DNA of 64,000 bases from Mustelus asterias (lineage: Eukaryota): assembly GCF_964213995.1 (NCBI RefSeq), contig NW_027590805.1:1-64000 (forward strand). Direction: 5' to 3'. How positions within the stretch are numbered: position 1 is the first letter of the stretch; every line of letters begins with the position of its first letter. The notes beneath the pieces were generated by a model, which was not told the DNA's origin, made no database searches, and saw nothing but the letters and a program-made list of their open reading frames with translations. The position numbers and the translations under genes were made by a program. Positions 25,655-38,050 of this stretch are shown here, one piece after another.

Positions 25655-26801
25655 AACCTCCTGAAACTCCTAGATAACAAGGACACCTATGTCAGACTCC
25701 TATTTAATGACTACAGCTCAGCCTTCAACACTATTATTACCACAAAACTTATCTCCAAACTCCGTGGCCTGGGCCTGGGCCCCTCCCTCTGCGGCTGGAT
25801 CCTGAACTTCCTAACTCACAGACGACAATCAGTAAGGATAGGCAACAACACGTCCTCCACGATCATCTTCAACACCGTTGCCCCACTCGGCTGTGTTCTC
25901 AGCCCCTCGACTTATATACCTATGGCTGTGTGGTCAAATTCCCCTCCAATTCGATTTTCAAGTTTGCTGACGACACCACTGTAGTGGGTCGGATCTCCAG
26001 CAATGACGAGACAGTACAGGAATGAGATAGAGAGTCTGATGAACTAGTGGGGCAACAATAATCTCTCCGTTAATGCAAACAAAACGAAGGAGATTGTCAT
26101 CGACTTCAGGAAGTGTAAAGGACAACATGCCCCTGTCTACATCAATGGGGACGAAGTAGAAAGAGTCGAGAGCTTCAAGTTTTTAGGTGTCCAGATCACC
26201 AACAACATGTCCTCGTCCCCCCATGTCGACACTACAGCTAAGAAAGCTCATCAACGCCTCTATTTTCCCAGAAGACTAAGGAAATTTGGCATGTGAGCAA
26301 CGACTCTCACCAACGTTTACAGATGCACCATATAAAGCATTATTTCTGGTTGTATCACAACTCGTGCTCTGCTCAAGACCGCAAGGAACTACAAAAGGTC
26401 TTGAATGTAGCCCAATCCATCACGCAAACCTGCGTCCCATCCATTGACTCTGCCTACAATTCCCGCTGCCTCGGCAAAGCTGCCAGCATAATTAAGGACC
26501 CCACGCACCCCGGACATTCTCTCTTCCACCTTCTTCCTTCGGGAAAAAGATGCAAAAGTCTGAGGTCACGTACCAACCGACTCAGGAACAGCTTCTTCCC
26601 TGCTGCTGTCAGACTTTTGAATGGACTTACCTTGCATTAAGTTAATCTTTCTCTGCACCCTAGCTATGACTGTAACACTGCATTCTGCACTCTCTCGTTT
26701 CCTTCTTTATGAACGGTATGTTTTGTCTGGGAAGCGCACAAGGAACAATACTTTTCACTGTCTGTTAATACATGTGACAATAATAAATCAAATCAAATCA
26801 A
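25655..26801 (+). mobile_element. Rex1/Babar LINE 3' part, disrupted
   Basis: [65 protein letters not shown]; (aaatc)n tail. Confidence 0.88.
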
Positions 26802-27401
26802 ACATAACTGGAGTGTGTAATGATTTTCAAAGTCATGATATAAATGAAACTACCTGTAGCTCATGTGAAGTTACTGAATCTTTAAATCCCGATTCATTAT
26901 TACACTGTTTTGGGAAGTAATGTAACACTTGTAGTTGTCCAGTGAGTTTCACAATATTTCTGTTGCTACCTTATTTACTTTTCACCCTGTTACCTTCATT
27001 AATTTGGGTGAGGGCATGTTGAGTGATTTGTTGCACGTGAAAGAACCACATGTTTCAAGTATTATAATCGTCCCTCCTCAAACTAATCATGTTCACTCTT
27101 TTTATCTTGGATATGAAGATTCAGCATCAGCAGAGAAATGAACCATCTGAGCCGCAGGAACATCTCGTCTATTTCTTCGTGAGGATCAGCTTGCTAACTC
27201 CCGATAAACTCGGGATGGAGTTCACCCAGACACTCTGGAAGAATTGGAGATATTAGACTGACACAAATGGAATAAAGGAGCTGATTCAATTTATGAAATA
27301 GTCAAGCACAAATATGGGAACGTAGAACAGCATTTTTCAGTAACATCTATCAATGATCCATCAGTCCATTCACTGACTCCTCAATCAAAATATTCAGGCG
27401 T

Positions 27402-27462
27402 CCAACTGTCATTCATTCAACTGTCATTCATTCAACTGTCATTCATTCAACTGTCATTCATT
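27402..27462. repeat. 15-bp minisatellite (caactgtcattcatt) x4
   Basis: Perfect tandem copies. Confidence 0.9.
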
Positions 27463-29646
27463 CCTGCATCAACACAGTCATGCATTTATTGTTTGAATAG
27501 ATGGTGACGTAATATTAATTGAAGTGGCCCAGTGATCCAGAGGCCCAGGACAATGATGTGAGGACAGGGATTTAAATCGGACCATTACAGCTGGTGGAGT
27601 TTGAATTCAATTAAAAAATCTGGAATAGATACTAATGGCGACCAAAGGAACCTCTCTGATTCCCCAATGAAGGAAATCTGCCATCGCTCCCTGGTCTCAC
27701 ACGGATGTGACTCCACACGGACAGTAAAATGGCTGGATTTTTAATATCTTCAGAAGTGGCCTAGAAAACCAATTAGTTCAAGGGAATTTGGGACAGGCAA
27801 AAAGTGCTGGTCTTTCCTCCATCTGAAACATGCCATGGAAGGATAAAGGGAAAGAAAACACAAACATAAATGTTCATGTATTACAACATGTATCCTCTCT
27901 CTGACTCATCTCTCACAGTCTGCCTGTAATTCTTTCTATTCATCCATCACACTCTCCTGATGTACTGGAAAAATCATCATTGGTGCAAACAGGGTGCCAG
28001 AGAAGCTGCATAACTCCTTTCTTGAGAAATGGGAGCAATTCATTTGGATTTACAACTTTAAATAATTAAAGTGCCTCCTGTACTATTGCTGGGTATATTT
28101 CTTTATAAATAGGCCTCATTGACAATTGAAGAGTTTGAATTTGTCTTTCAGCCAAGCGGTCAGTACTGAGGAAACAGATATTTGACTTACTGCACAAACA
28201 CCCCCAGATGCTTCCTGTCAATAACTTTGAGCGTTTGGCAGCAGCTTGGATTGCTGCCAAATACTGTGTGGGACAGATCAGCGTGAACCTGAATGGACAA
28301 AATGGGATTCAGCCATTTAAACGATAAATATTTCATTTCCACAAGAAAGACGCATTTTAAATCGTAATCGTTCGTGTCAAATGTTTCCATTCATGCCCTG
28401 TTCATTATGTGATTAAATGGTATCGGAAAACAATAAATTGACAAGATGCTGTTTTATTTGTGTAACTTCCAAGCAAATGCCATTCCAATCATTAAAGTCT
28501 GTTTATTAACTGCTTCATGAAATGCGAGAGAGAGATGTTGATGGTCTCAATTCCCCCTTCAATTGAGATCAGTGCAAAGACAAAAAAAATGCAAATAAAT
28601 AATATTAAAATAACGTCATGAAACTGCATGGAACAGCGGAGATACCTGGAATATTCACAAAGTACTGCACCTCGTTTTATCAGCAGCGTCTCTTATTCCT
28701 GATTCGCACAGTGTTCTGTTGTACACTATAATCTGACTTCCATTATTCAATAGTTCATCTCATATCTGCCAACGAGTAGATAAATTATCAGTTTATAACC
28801 TGATTCAGTGGAAAGTAAAATATATATTCTTGTGATAATGTGTAATGTGCCGCAAATCCTGATATCCTGTGTTCCTGATACCAGCGAATATTAGACAACC
28901 GGTGGCTAACAAAATGAGCTGCGATAATTTGGATGCTGAAGGACAACTTTACTGATCGCCGTGTCTGTTCCGATTAATTAAATTCTCTGTCAAAAGGCAA
29001 ATTCAATTTTATGCTTCTCTGTTTCTCTGCCAACGCACTCTTTAATTTTCACGCAGGCGGGTTTGTTTTACCCCTAATTTAGACAGAGCTGTCTTCCATT
29101 CAGGGACATTTTGAAAAATGTCAGGAGACACTATATAATGCGAGGAAATTCCTGTTATCTCCAAACCCAAATTGTACCGTGATAGCCATCCAGACTGTAA
29201 ATAGAATCACTTGTTTTCGTCCCCGCATTTAATTAAAGAAATCGATAGCAATTCTTCTGATAAATTATGCTTTATTATTGTAATGTGATAGAGACCCGGA
29301 ATTGTTGCAAGCTAGACTCAATGTTACTTTATTTTCTGAAAATATAATTTTATTACTTTTAGTTTTGTCTTTTTGTTAGGGGCGTGTTAATAAAAGCACC
29401 ATGTTTACAGTTGAATTAGTTTTTTTTAATACAGAGATGATGAACTGCAATATCACCTTTAGAAATAATGGAGACATTGCAATGAATCGATTCAGGCAAA
29501 CGAAAATCCTGATAGTGATAAAATGCCCACTTTATTATTAACCTATTGTTAATCCCGGAGTCCATTCTTTTGGGGGTGTGGAAGGTGGGACCTGGATCCA
29601 GTCGCCGCCTCCACCCGGGAATCAAAAGGCGGCGCCTTCTGCCGGG

Positions 29647-29663
29647 TATTTAAATGACGCTCA
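29647..29663 (+). promoter_or_regulatory. VH promoter core: TATA-like TATTTAAA next to a CRE/AP-1-like TGACGCTCA; no proximal octamer
   Basis: About 90 bp upstream of the leader ATG in a locally GC-rich patch. Shark VH promoters are known to lack the mammalian octamer. Confidence 0.55.
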
Positions 29664-29745
29664 CTGGGACCGGAATCCAACAGTCCGGGAGTTGGTTTGT
29701 TCACTGAGTTCCTGACACAACCATTTCCCCCAAATGACCAGAAGA

Positions 29746-29791
29746 ATGAACTCGGCGATTTCTCTCAGTTTGTTGCTGACTTTCTTATCCG
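29746..29791 (+). CDS. IGHV: IgM VH leader exon (MNSAISLSLLLTFLS-G)
   Basis: Hydrophobic signal peptide, phase-1 donor GT at 29792; an alternative in-frame ATG lies at 29734. Confidence 0.9.
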
Positions 29792-29918
29792 GTGATTAGT
29801 TTTTCTTGTCCACGTCTCTCACTGTTACTGTATCAGAATTAGCCTACCTTTGGAATGACCCAGAGTCAGCAATCATTTCACCAAGATTAATCCTCGGTAA
29901 TTTGACATGTTTTTACAG

Positions 29919-30226
29919 GTGTCCAGTCGGAGATTGTGTTGACTCAGCTGGAGGCAGAAACAGGGCGTCCCGGCGGCTTCCTGAGACTGACCTGTAAAAC
30001 CAGTGGCTTCGATCTTGGCAGCAACTGGATGAACTGGATTAGACAGGTTCCCGGACAGGGGCTGGAGTGGTTGGTTGGATACAGAAGTTCATTTTACACC
30101 ACCTACTATGACCCACAGATTCAGGGCCGATTTACTCCGTCCAAAGACCTTTCGAACAATATCTTCGCTTTGGACATGATGAGCCTGAAGACTGAAGACA
30201 CCGCCATCTATTACTGTGCAAGAGAC
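29919..30226 (+). CDS. IGHV: IgM VH exon, intact and unrearranged
   Basis: Acceptor ttttacag; [52 protein letters not shown]...[11 protein letters not shown], with both Cys and the core Trp. Confidence 0.96.
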
Positions 30227-30265
30227 CACAGTAAGAGGAACCAGGGCTGGACCTCAACAAGAACA
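30227..30265 (+). other. VH 3' recombination signal (23-bp spacer)
   Basis: CACAGTA - 23 nt - ACAAGAACA. Confidence 0.92.
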
Positions 30266-30633
30266 GCTCGAGAGGGAGTGCAGCAACTTCCATCATAACC
30301 TGATTGTCAATAACTGTTTTAAGTGTAATGTTAATGACAGTGATCAGAACTAAAACACAAACCGCTTCTGACAAACCTAACTTAGAGAAAATTAAACATT
30401 AAACCGAGCAAACCCACAGACATAATGGTGCTTTTCACTCTATTTATATTTACCGTTAACAGTTTCTGCAATTGCAGACCTGGGATATAATGCTCGTTTT
30501 AATATTTCTGATACTTGGAGGAGATGTTTCTGGATTGTGTTTTATAAACTGCTGCATAAATTGTAAATTGCTCAGAAATATTGGTCTATTTGTAGTGAAT
30601 ATTGAGCGGCAGTACTGAACAGAGAGTGAGTGC

Positions 30634-30709
30634 AGTTTTTGTGCGGGCGTGTCTCACTGTGATACAGCAGTGGGTGGGTGGCACAACAGTTACTGTCAAT
30701 ACAAAAAAC
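30634..30709 (+). other. Single DH segment (30662-30681) flanked by two 12-bp-spacer RSSs
   Basis: AGTTTTTGT - 12 - CACTGTG | ATACAGCAGTGGGTGGGTGG | CACAACA - 12 - ACAAAAAAC. Confidence 0.9.
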
Positions 30710-31016
30710 CCCTCAGCACTAATTGACCGAGGCTGTGTCAGTGCTCTGGTTCACAATCCAACATTATTTACAGTGCTGTATTATTGATGTCTAACACTGC
30801 AATAATAGCGAGAATTAATATTCAATGATCAGTTGGTGTTTTCAATAATATGATCATGTGATACTCTGTGAAATATAAAGTATTCGGGTCATTTATGTAG
30901 AGCGAACAGTGTCCACAAATACAATAATAATTTGATGAAAATGCAGTGATTTACTTACCCTCTGGCTTGTGAATTTTTAAAATAATGGTGGATTTCTGTC
31001 TATTTTGCGCAGGGAT

Positions 31017-31055
31017 GGTTATTGTATGAGCCAGCCCAGGGAATGTGACACTGTG
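31017..31055 (+). other. JH 5' recombination signal (23-bp spacer)
   Basis: GGTTATTGT - 23 nt - CACTGTG. Confidence 0.92.
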
Positions 31056-31103
31056 ACGCCATGGATTACTGTGGACAAGGGACCATGGTGACGGTGACTG
31101 CAG
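31056..31103 (+). CDS. IGHJ: JH segment AMDYCGQGTMVTVTA
   Basis: xGQGTMVTV motif, phase-1 donor G|GTAAG at 31104; the usual Trp codon is TGT (Cys). Confidence 0.93.
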
Positions 31104-31384
31104 GTAAGGACTGTAAATTTATTTAGTAAGTGTTTTACTTGAGTTTTTGTTTTATATTTTTTCTCGATTTTATTAATTCACTTGTTCACTGAAATGTGGT
31201 TTGGTGGATTATGTGCTGAAAATCTTTACAATGTTTCATGTGATTCTGCTTAAAATGGGGGTTATAGAATTCTACTGATAATTGACAAAAGGTGAGTGAT
31301 TCAGTCTCTGTTGTGATTTGGTGTTTATCTGCTGAGGACATTGTGTGGTTGGGTTACTTTAAGTACCTACCTTCTGTTAAACAG

Positions 31385-34015
31385 TTCGGCGTTTCTGCAA
31401 TGTTTTATCTCGGTGACATATAGTGGCTGCGAGTTGTACCATCAACTGCACAAGTGTTTGACGTCTAACCCAATATTAACAAAACGTGTTAAAGTTTCTG
31501 CATTAATATTATGAACATGTTCCACTTAATCACAATGCTGCTTTTGTTATGTCGTTGTTGTGCTCATTTTAATTATTAGTTACTTTGGTGACGGGCGGAT
31601 TGGCTGGATTTTATATTGAGATTTTCTTGCAATGTTGCATTTGCAGAGGAGATTTGCCAGGATGCTGCCTGGTTTGGAGGGTCGGTCTTATGAGGAAAGG
31701 TTGAGGGAGCTGGGGCTGTTCTCTCTGGAGCGGAGGAGGCTGAGGGGGGGGGGGGGGGGATATAATAGAGGTTTATAAAATGATAAAGGGGATAGATAGA
31801 GTGAACGTTCAAAGACTATTTCCTCGGGTGGATGGAGCTTTTACAAGGGGGCATAACTATAGGGTTCATGGTGGGAGATATAGGAAGGATATCAGAGGTA
31901 GGTTCTTTACGCAGAGAGTGGTTGGGGTGTGGAATGGTCTGTCTGCAGTGATAGTGGAGTCAGACATTTTAGGAACATTTAAGCGGTTATTGGATAGGCA
32001 CATGGAGCCACCAGGATGATAGGGAGTGGGATAGCTTGATCTTGGTTTCAGATAAAGCTCGGCACAACATCGTGGGCCGAAGGGCCTCTCCTGTGCTGTA
32101 CTGTTCTATGTTCTATGATTCTGTTGAAAGTGTTTGTAGAATTGAGCTGCTTCTGCATGAAACGGAGTTCAGTCGCTCAGTGATGTGCATTTCTGGTGAG
32201 GAGATTTTGTATCTGGGTGACTTTGAATAAGTAAAACGTGTGAGATGGTTTTTCGATTCAGCATTGTTTCTGCATTGTTTAAAGTCGGTTACACTGATCT
32301 GTTATACGCTTTGTGCTTGAATACAAACAGTCTATAGGTGTTAAATTGCTTGACAGAAATCGGGCATGCTTTATTGCATTTGTATTTTTTTATCGTAAGT
32401 GATAATTGCAGATCACGCCGCTCGTTCAGAACATAGTTTGCCACTGCAATCACTGTTTGGGGTATCTGCAATGTTTAACCTCGGTGATATCTGATGGCTG
32501 AAGTTTTTCCCATATGTTTAAATATGTTTGAAATTTGACCCAATATAAATAAAATGTGTTAAAGTTTCAATACTAATTTGTCGGACATATTCCACCTCCG
32601 CGCAACGTTATTGCTATTATTCCATATTTCTGTTTAGGTTAATGATTCATGCATTTGGTGACGAGCTGTTTTGCTGAATTCAACATTGAGATGTTCTTGC
32701 AATGTTCCATTTGATTCTGTTGAATGAATAATTGAGCTGCTATTCCGTGAAACGGGGTTCCATCCCTCAGTGATCTGTTTTGGAGTGTTTCTTTTGAGGA
32801 GATTTTGTGGTTCGGCCACTGTGAATATTTAAAATGTGTGAAATGGTTTGGCATTTCAGCATTGTTCTGCATTGTTTAATCTCGGTGGTACTGAGCTGTT
32901 ACACGTTTTCTGGTTGAAAGCAAACAATCTATGAGTTTGAAAATCCATGTAGAGAGAAAACAGGCAGGTTTTGGGAAAAAGATAGAGACATTACAGCGTT
33001 TTTATAAATTTTAACTAACGCTTCCAAATTAAAATAAATCATGACTTACAAAGTTCATTCGGACAGTAAGTCGTTGCTGCAGTCACAAACTTCTCATTAA
33101 CAAGTTTGATAGTAAAATTAATATGAATCAAACAATTATTAATCGGTAATATTCACCATTCACCACATTCACCAAAGATTATTTTGTATTAATATCATTT
33201 AGCATTAATGACTTCTACTAGTTCTGCTGTGCTTTGCACACAATTAACATGACCAGAAAAAATTCTGTGCTGGAAATATTTTGTGATAATTCCAGAAACT
33301 ATTTCAATGATAACATGCTGCTTCCACAGCAGCGCTCAGTTTAACAAGATACTTTGCATTAATCGTTATCTCCTTGATTAAGTTCGCATTCACTTAAATA
33401 TGAGTTTCGGAAAATAAGACATTGCTATTTGGCAATTTATGTATCCGATTGTTACATTCTTTCTGTGCAGGCGCAACCACATTATTCCTTCCAAGTAATC
33501 TATAGTTGGATACACGATAATTAATCCCTAATCTAATCTTAAAATTTGTTGAACTGTTTGTGGTTGCTCAATTGTTTCTGTATTGTTTAGCTCAGTGATA
33601 ATGAGCAGTTACACGTTTTCTGGCTAAATGAAAATAAATCTGCGTTTGAAAATTCTTGTAGGGATAAAACAAACAGATTTCGGAAAAATAAAATAAATAC
33701 ATGTTATAGTATCTTATTAGTGTTAACTGATGCTTAAGAATTAAAATAAATCATGAATTACAATTCTCACTATGCCACTATATCTCTGTTAGGGACATTA
33801 CTCATTTTCAGAAAAAGTACATTTTTGCCCAGTTTTCGAGATTTGAGACAGACAGGGAGAGATATTTAAAGATTGAAGGGAGTTTTGAAATGAATATCAG
33901 TTTAATTTAAAATAGTTTATTGATTTTTTTGTTGTTGCAATTTTATCATTGATAAATTAGAATCAAACTGTTTGAATAAATTTGGCAGATTGAACAGAGA
34001 TTTCTGACGGGTGGA
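31385..34015 (+). repeat. Diverged tandem duplications in the 5' J-C intron
   Basis: 31385-32350 (minus the CR1) matches 32455-32945; 32850-33060 matches 33570-33770; 33775-34010 matches 35240-35500. Confidence 0.75.
31644..32117 (+). mobile_element. CR1 LINE 3' end in the J-C intron
   Basis: Near-identical to 18154-18754; poly-G expansion at about 31744; (tgttcta) tail. Confidence 0.9.
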
Positions 34016-35070
34016 ATTCGCTTACACTCAAGTAATTGTTCATTAGATTAGATTATGTTTGAATTGTAGTAAATTAAATTGTAGTAAAGTGTCAATAGAA
34101 ACTGGCTAAAGATGGAGAAGTTAATGCTTGAAATGCAAAAAGATTAATTTATATAAAATATTATAATAATATTATATATATTATAAAAGTAATCTTAGCT
34201 CTTCACTTAATAATAACATTCTGTCTCCCACTACTGCTGAACACAGGATAGAATTATGGGAAGAATAAATAACGGAACAGAAGAATTGATTCTATCTGAA
34301 CCTTATGTTCTTATTAAATATTATAATGAAAAAAAAGTCTGGACTTGTATTCTGCATCATGTTTTAGTGTTACAGAGGATTTGAATCAATTGTCCTCTTT
34401 GTGTTTGCACTGTTTAATTCAGATCTTCTTTAATTAAACGATATGTTCAGTAATTAAGTTATTTGGATGCTCTAAATTATTAAATCTAGGAAGCAGTATG
34501 ATTGATTTCAAACTGTCAGGCCGTTACCGCCTATAGAAATTCAGAACTATGCATTTTAACACGTTTGTAGGTTATAATAAGACATTTGTAGTAAAGGTTA
34601 AAAAGTTAAAATATTACAATGTGATTAGATTTAAGTAAATGAATGACAGATGTCTGAATGTTTCCATTCAGTAATTTGAAATTATTGTTCAACATTGTCT
34701 AAGATTTAATTGTAACCTAATTATTTAACAATGTTGGAGGCAGAAGCACGTTTTGAATGATTGATAACTCATTTTATTACAGAGTACAAATCAGCTAACA
34801 GGAGAACGAACTGACAAATAACAATAACTTACAATATAATATTAATTCAAAACAAAAGACCTTGAATATTGCACTGGCCTGCAAAATATCACCCGTTTTA
34901 GAGAATATTTAATTGTATCAGAAATGAATTCAGAAACAAAACATTTCTTTACTCAGCTGTGCTCAGCTCGATAAAGTGCTTTGCCTTGATTATTTTGTTG
35001 ATTACATTTAATTAAGAAATTAGATCGAATCAGGTAATGATTTTCAACGTACATGTTTCTTGGTTTGTTT

Positions 35071-35270
35071 AATTGTTACTGTGTCACTGCATCTCTGTTA
35101 GGGACACTGAATTGTTACTGTGTCACTGCATCTCTGTTAGGGACACTGAATTGTTACAGTGTCACTGCATCTCTGTTAGGGACCCTGAATTGTTACTGTG
35201 TCACTGTATCTCTGTTAGGGACATTGAATTGTTACAGTGTCACTGTATCTCTGTTAGGGACATGGAATTG
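35071..35270. repeat. 39-bp minisatellite x5
   Basis: Unit aattgttactgtgtcactgcatctctgttagggacactg; a single partial unit occurs at about 33777. Confidence 0.92.
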
Positions 35271-36584
35271 TCCTGAATCTGTTATTTTCGATTGCTCATT
35301 TTCAGCGAAATTACATTTTTACTTAGTTTTCGAGAAGTGAGACAGAGAAATAATTAAAAATTGACAGGAGTTTTGGAATGAATATCAGTTTTATTTAAAA
35401 GAGGTTATTGATTTTCTGTTGTTGTAAGTTGTTCATTAATCAATTAGAATCGAACAGTTTGAATGAAATTGACAGATTGAACAGACATATCTGCTGGGAA
35501 ATCGATTGTTGCACCGTAATGTGTCTGTTGTCCGCGTGGTCACCGTGTTGGTGCCAGGAATCTGCCTGACTGGTTGTAAATCTTCTGGTTCCTTCGCCTG
35601 TATTTCAGGGAGTGAAATTTGATTTATTTCTTCAATACACTTGTACCTGTGAGAAATGTGACAGTTTGACTTGATGTTTGATTTGGCGTCTCTGAAATTA
35701 GATCCCTAAAGCATAATGTTACCATGAGAGAGAGAGCAGAAACGTCAGACTGGAGCGGGAGAATTGGGTGATTTTTAAGCAGTGATGTACCTGCCTTGGG
35801 AATGCTCGATGAGCAAATGGAAAGTGAGATTTACTATATTGTACTCCATACTAGAGCAGTCCCTAACCTGTTTAGTAGGACAGTTGGAGGGTCAAATTCA
35901 TTTGCATCTTATTTTTAATCTTCTAAAGGTATTTTAGAGTCATTTGCTCGGCCAGAATTTTTAATCTTCCCGAATTGTTCCTTGAGAAAGTGTTGATATG
36001 AAGCATCTTTGAATAACTGCAGTCCATATGCTGCAGGCATCCGCCGTGCTGTTGGGCAGGCAGTTCCAGGATTTTCACCCAGCGACAGTGAAGGAACTGA
36101 GATATTGTTTCAAGTCAGGACGGAGGGGAGCTTGCAGGTGGTAGTGTTCATATGTGGCTGCCGCCCTTGCCCTGCTAGGATGTAAAGGCAGCGGGCTTGG
36201 ACAATGTTTTCTATGGAGCCTTGGTGAGTTGCTGCAGTGCATTTTGTATATAATACACACTGCTGATACTGCTTGTTAATGATGGAGAAAATGAATAGGA
36301 TGAATGAGAGGGCGGGTAACCTTATGGGCTACCTTACCTGAGCGTTACCTTATGGGCGACTTAGCCCTGGATTGTGTCAAATTTCTTGAGTTTTAACAAG
36401 TTTCGCTCATTGAGGAAAGAGGAAATTATTCATTGTGACTGACTTGTGAAAGATTTAACTGTTTTTCTAACCTTTGACCCGCAGTCCGTATTGTGCTCAC
36501 ATATCACTCCCACTGACTGTGTGAGTGGGTGAGTTTGTGTGGAGTGAGGGTGCTTTTCCAAACTGAATCAGCCAGCTAGAGACT

Positions 36585-37694
36585 TACACACATCACACAT
36601 TCTCACACACATAAATACACACATATACACTCTCATATTCTCTCACACATGCACACATACATACTCAGACTTACTTACCCTCTCATACGATCTCTCTCAC
36701 AAACCCATAGACATTCTCTCTGTCTCACGTTCTACATACACTCTCAAATACAAATGCATACATATTCTCGCTCTCTCAATCAATCTCTCACACTCCCATA
36801 CACAAAAGCACTCACACACACACACACCCATACACATTCTCTCTTACACGCAGACGCACACTCTCACATAAGCACAGTCTCACACTTTCGCACACGCACT
36901 CTCACATGCACTCTCTCTCCCACACTCTGTCACACACGCTCAAGCTATCTCACATTTATTCACACAGGCTCTCTCACAATTCCTCTTGGACACGCATCTC
37001 TCTCTCTCTCTCTCACGCACACACGCATATATTTCTATTTCTCTTGCACACACTATCTCACACCTGTACATTCTTGCTCTCACACACTGGCTCTCTCACA
37101 AACACTCTCTCACAAACATAGAACATGCACACACTGTAACACACATTCTTACACACAGACACAGTCTCTCACATAAGCACAGTCATACGTACACATTATC
37201 CCTCACATACACACACACACACACATGCACTATCCCTCTCACATTCCCTCTTCCGTACTCTCATTCCGTCTCACACTCATTCACACACACACACGCACAC
37301 ACATGCACTATCCCTCTCACATTCCCTCTTCTGTACTCTCATTCCGTCTCACACTCAGTCACATACTCTCTCTCATACGAACACTTGCACACGCATTCTC
37401 TTACATAGGCACATATTTCTCTCTCTTTCACACGCTCACTTCCTTACACATTGTCTCACAGATGCACAATCTTGCTCTCAAATACTGTCTCTCACAAACA
37501 CCCTCCCTTTCACACACACACAGTCTCGACATCTCTCACACACGGACACACATGTATATGCAACGTATCTCTCAAACACTCCACCTATCACAGGCACATG
37601 TTATCTCAACGGTTATTTCACTCACACACACTCACATATCCATTCTGTCTAAGTTTCACACTTTTTGTCGCTCACACACACTCTCCCCGCCCCT

Positions 37695-37763
<69 letters not shown>

Positions 37764-37998
37764 GTTTGAAGAACAGAGACATACTCTCACATAAATAAAG
37801 AATAACTCTTCAAACACACTCTCTCTCTCTCACACACAGACACACACATTTTCTATCTCACATATCCTTCCTCTCACGCACACTCTCTTTTCTTGCACGC
37901 ACAAAGCTCTCATGTGTCTGACCCACTCTCACACACATAAACACACACAACGTCTCTCTCTCTCACACAAAAACTCTCTCACGCTCTCTCTGTCTCTC

Positions 37999-38050
<52 letters not shown>

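Noticed and set aside
30266-31016. A second D segment
   Set aside because: No other heptamer-spacer-nonamer pair found by eye; TACAGTG at about 30769 lacks CAC and a nonamer.
35071-35270. 39-bp repeats as a CRISPR array or RSS array
   Set aside because: Units are contiguous with no unique spacers and the context is eukaryotic. Heptamer-like words (TACAGTG, TACTGTG) lack the CAC and have no nonamer.
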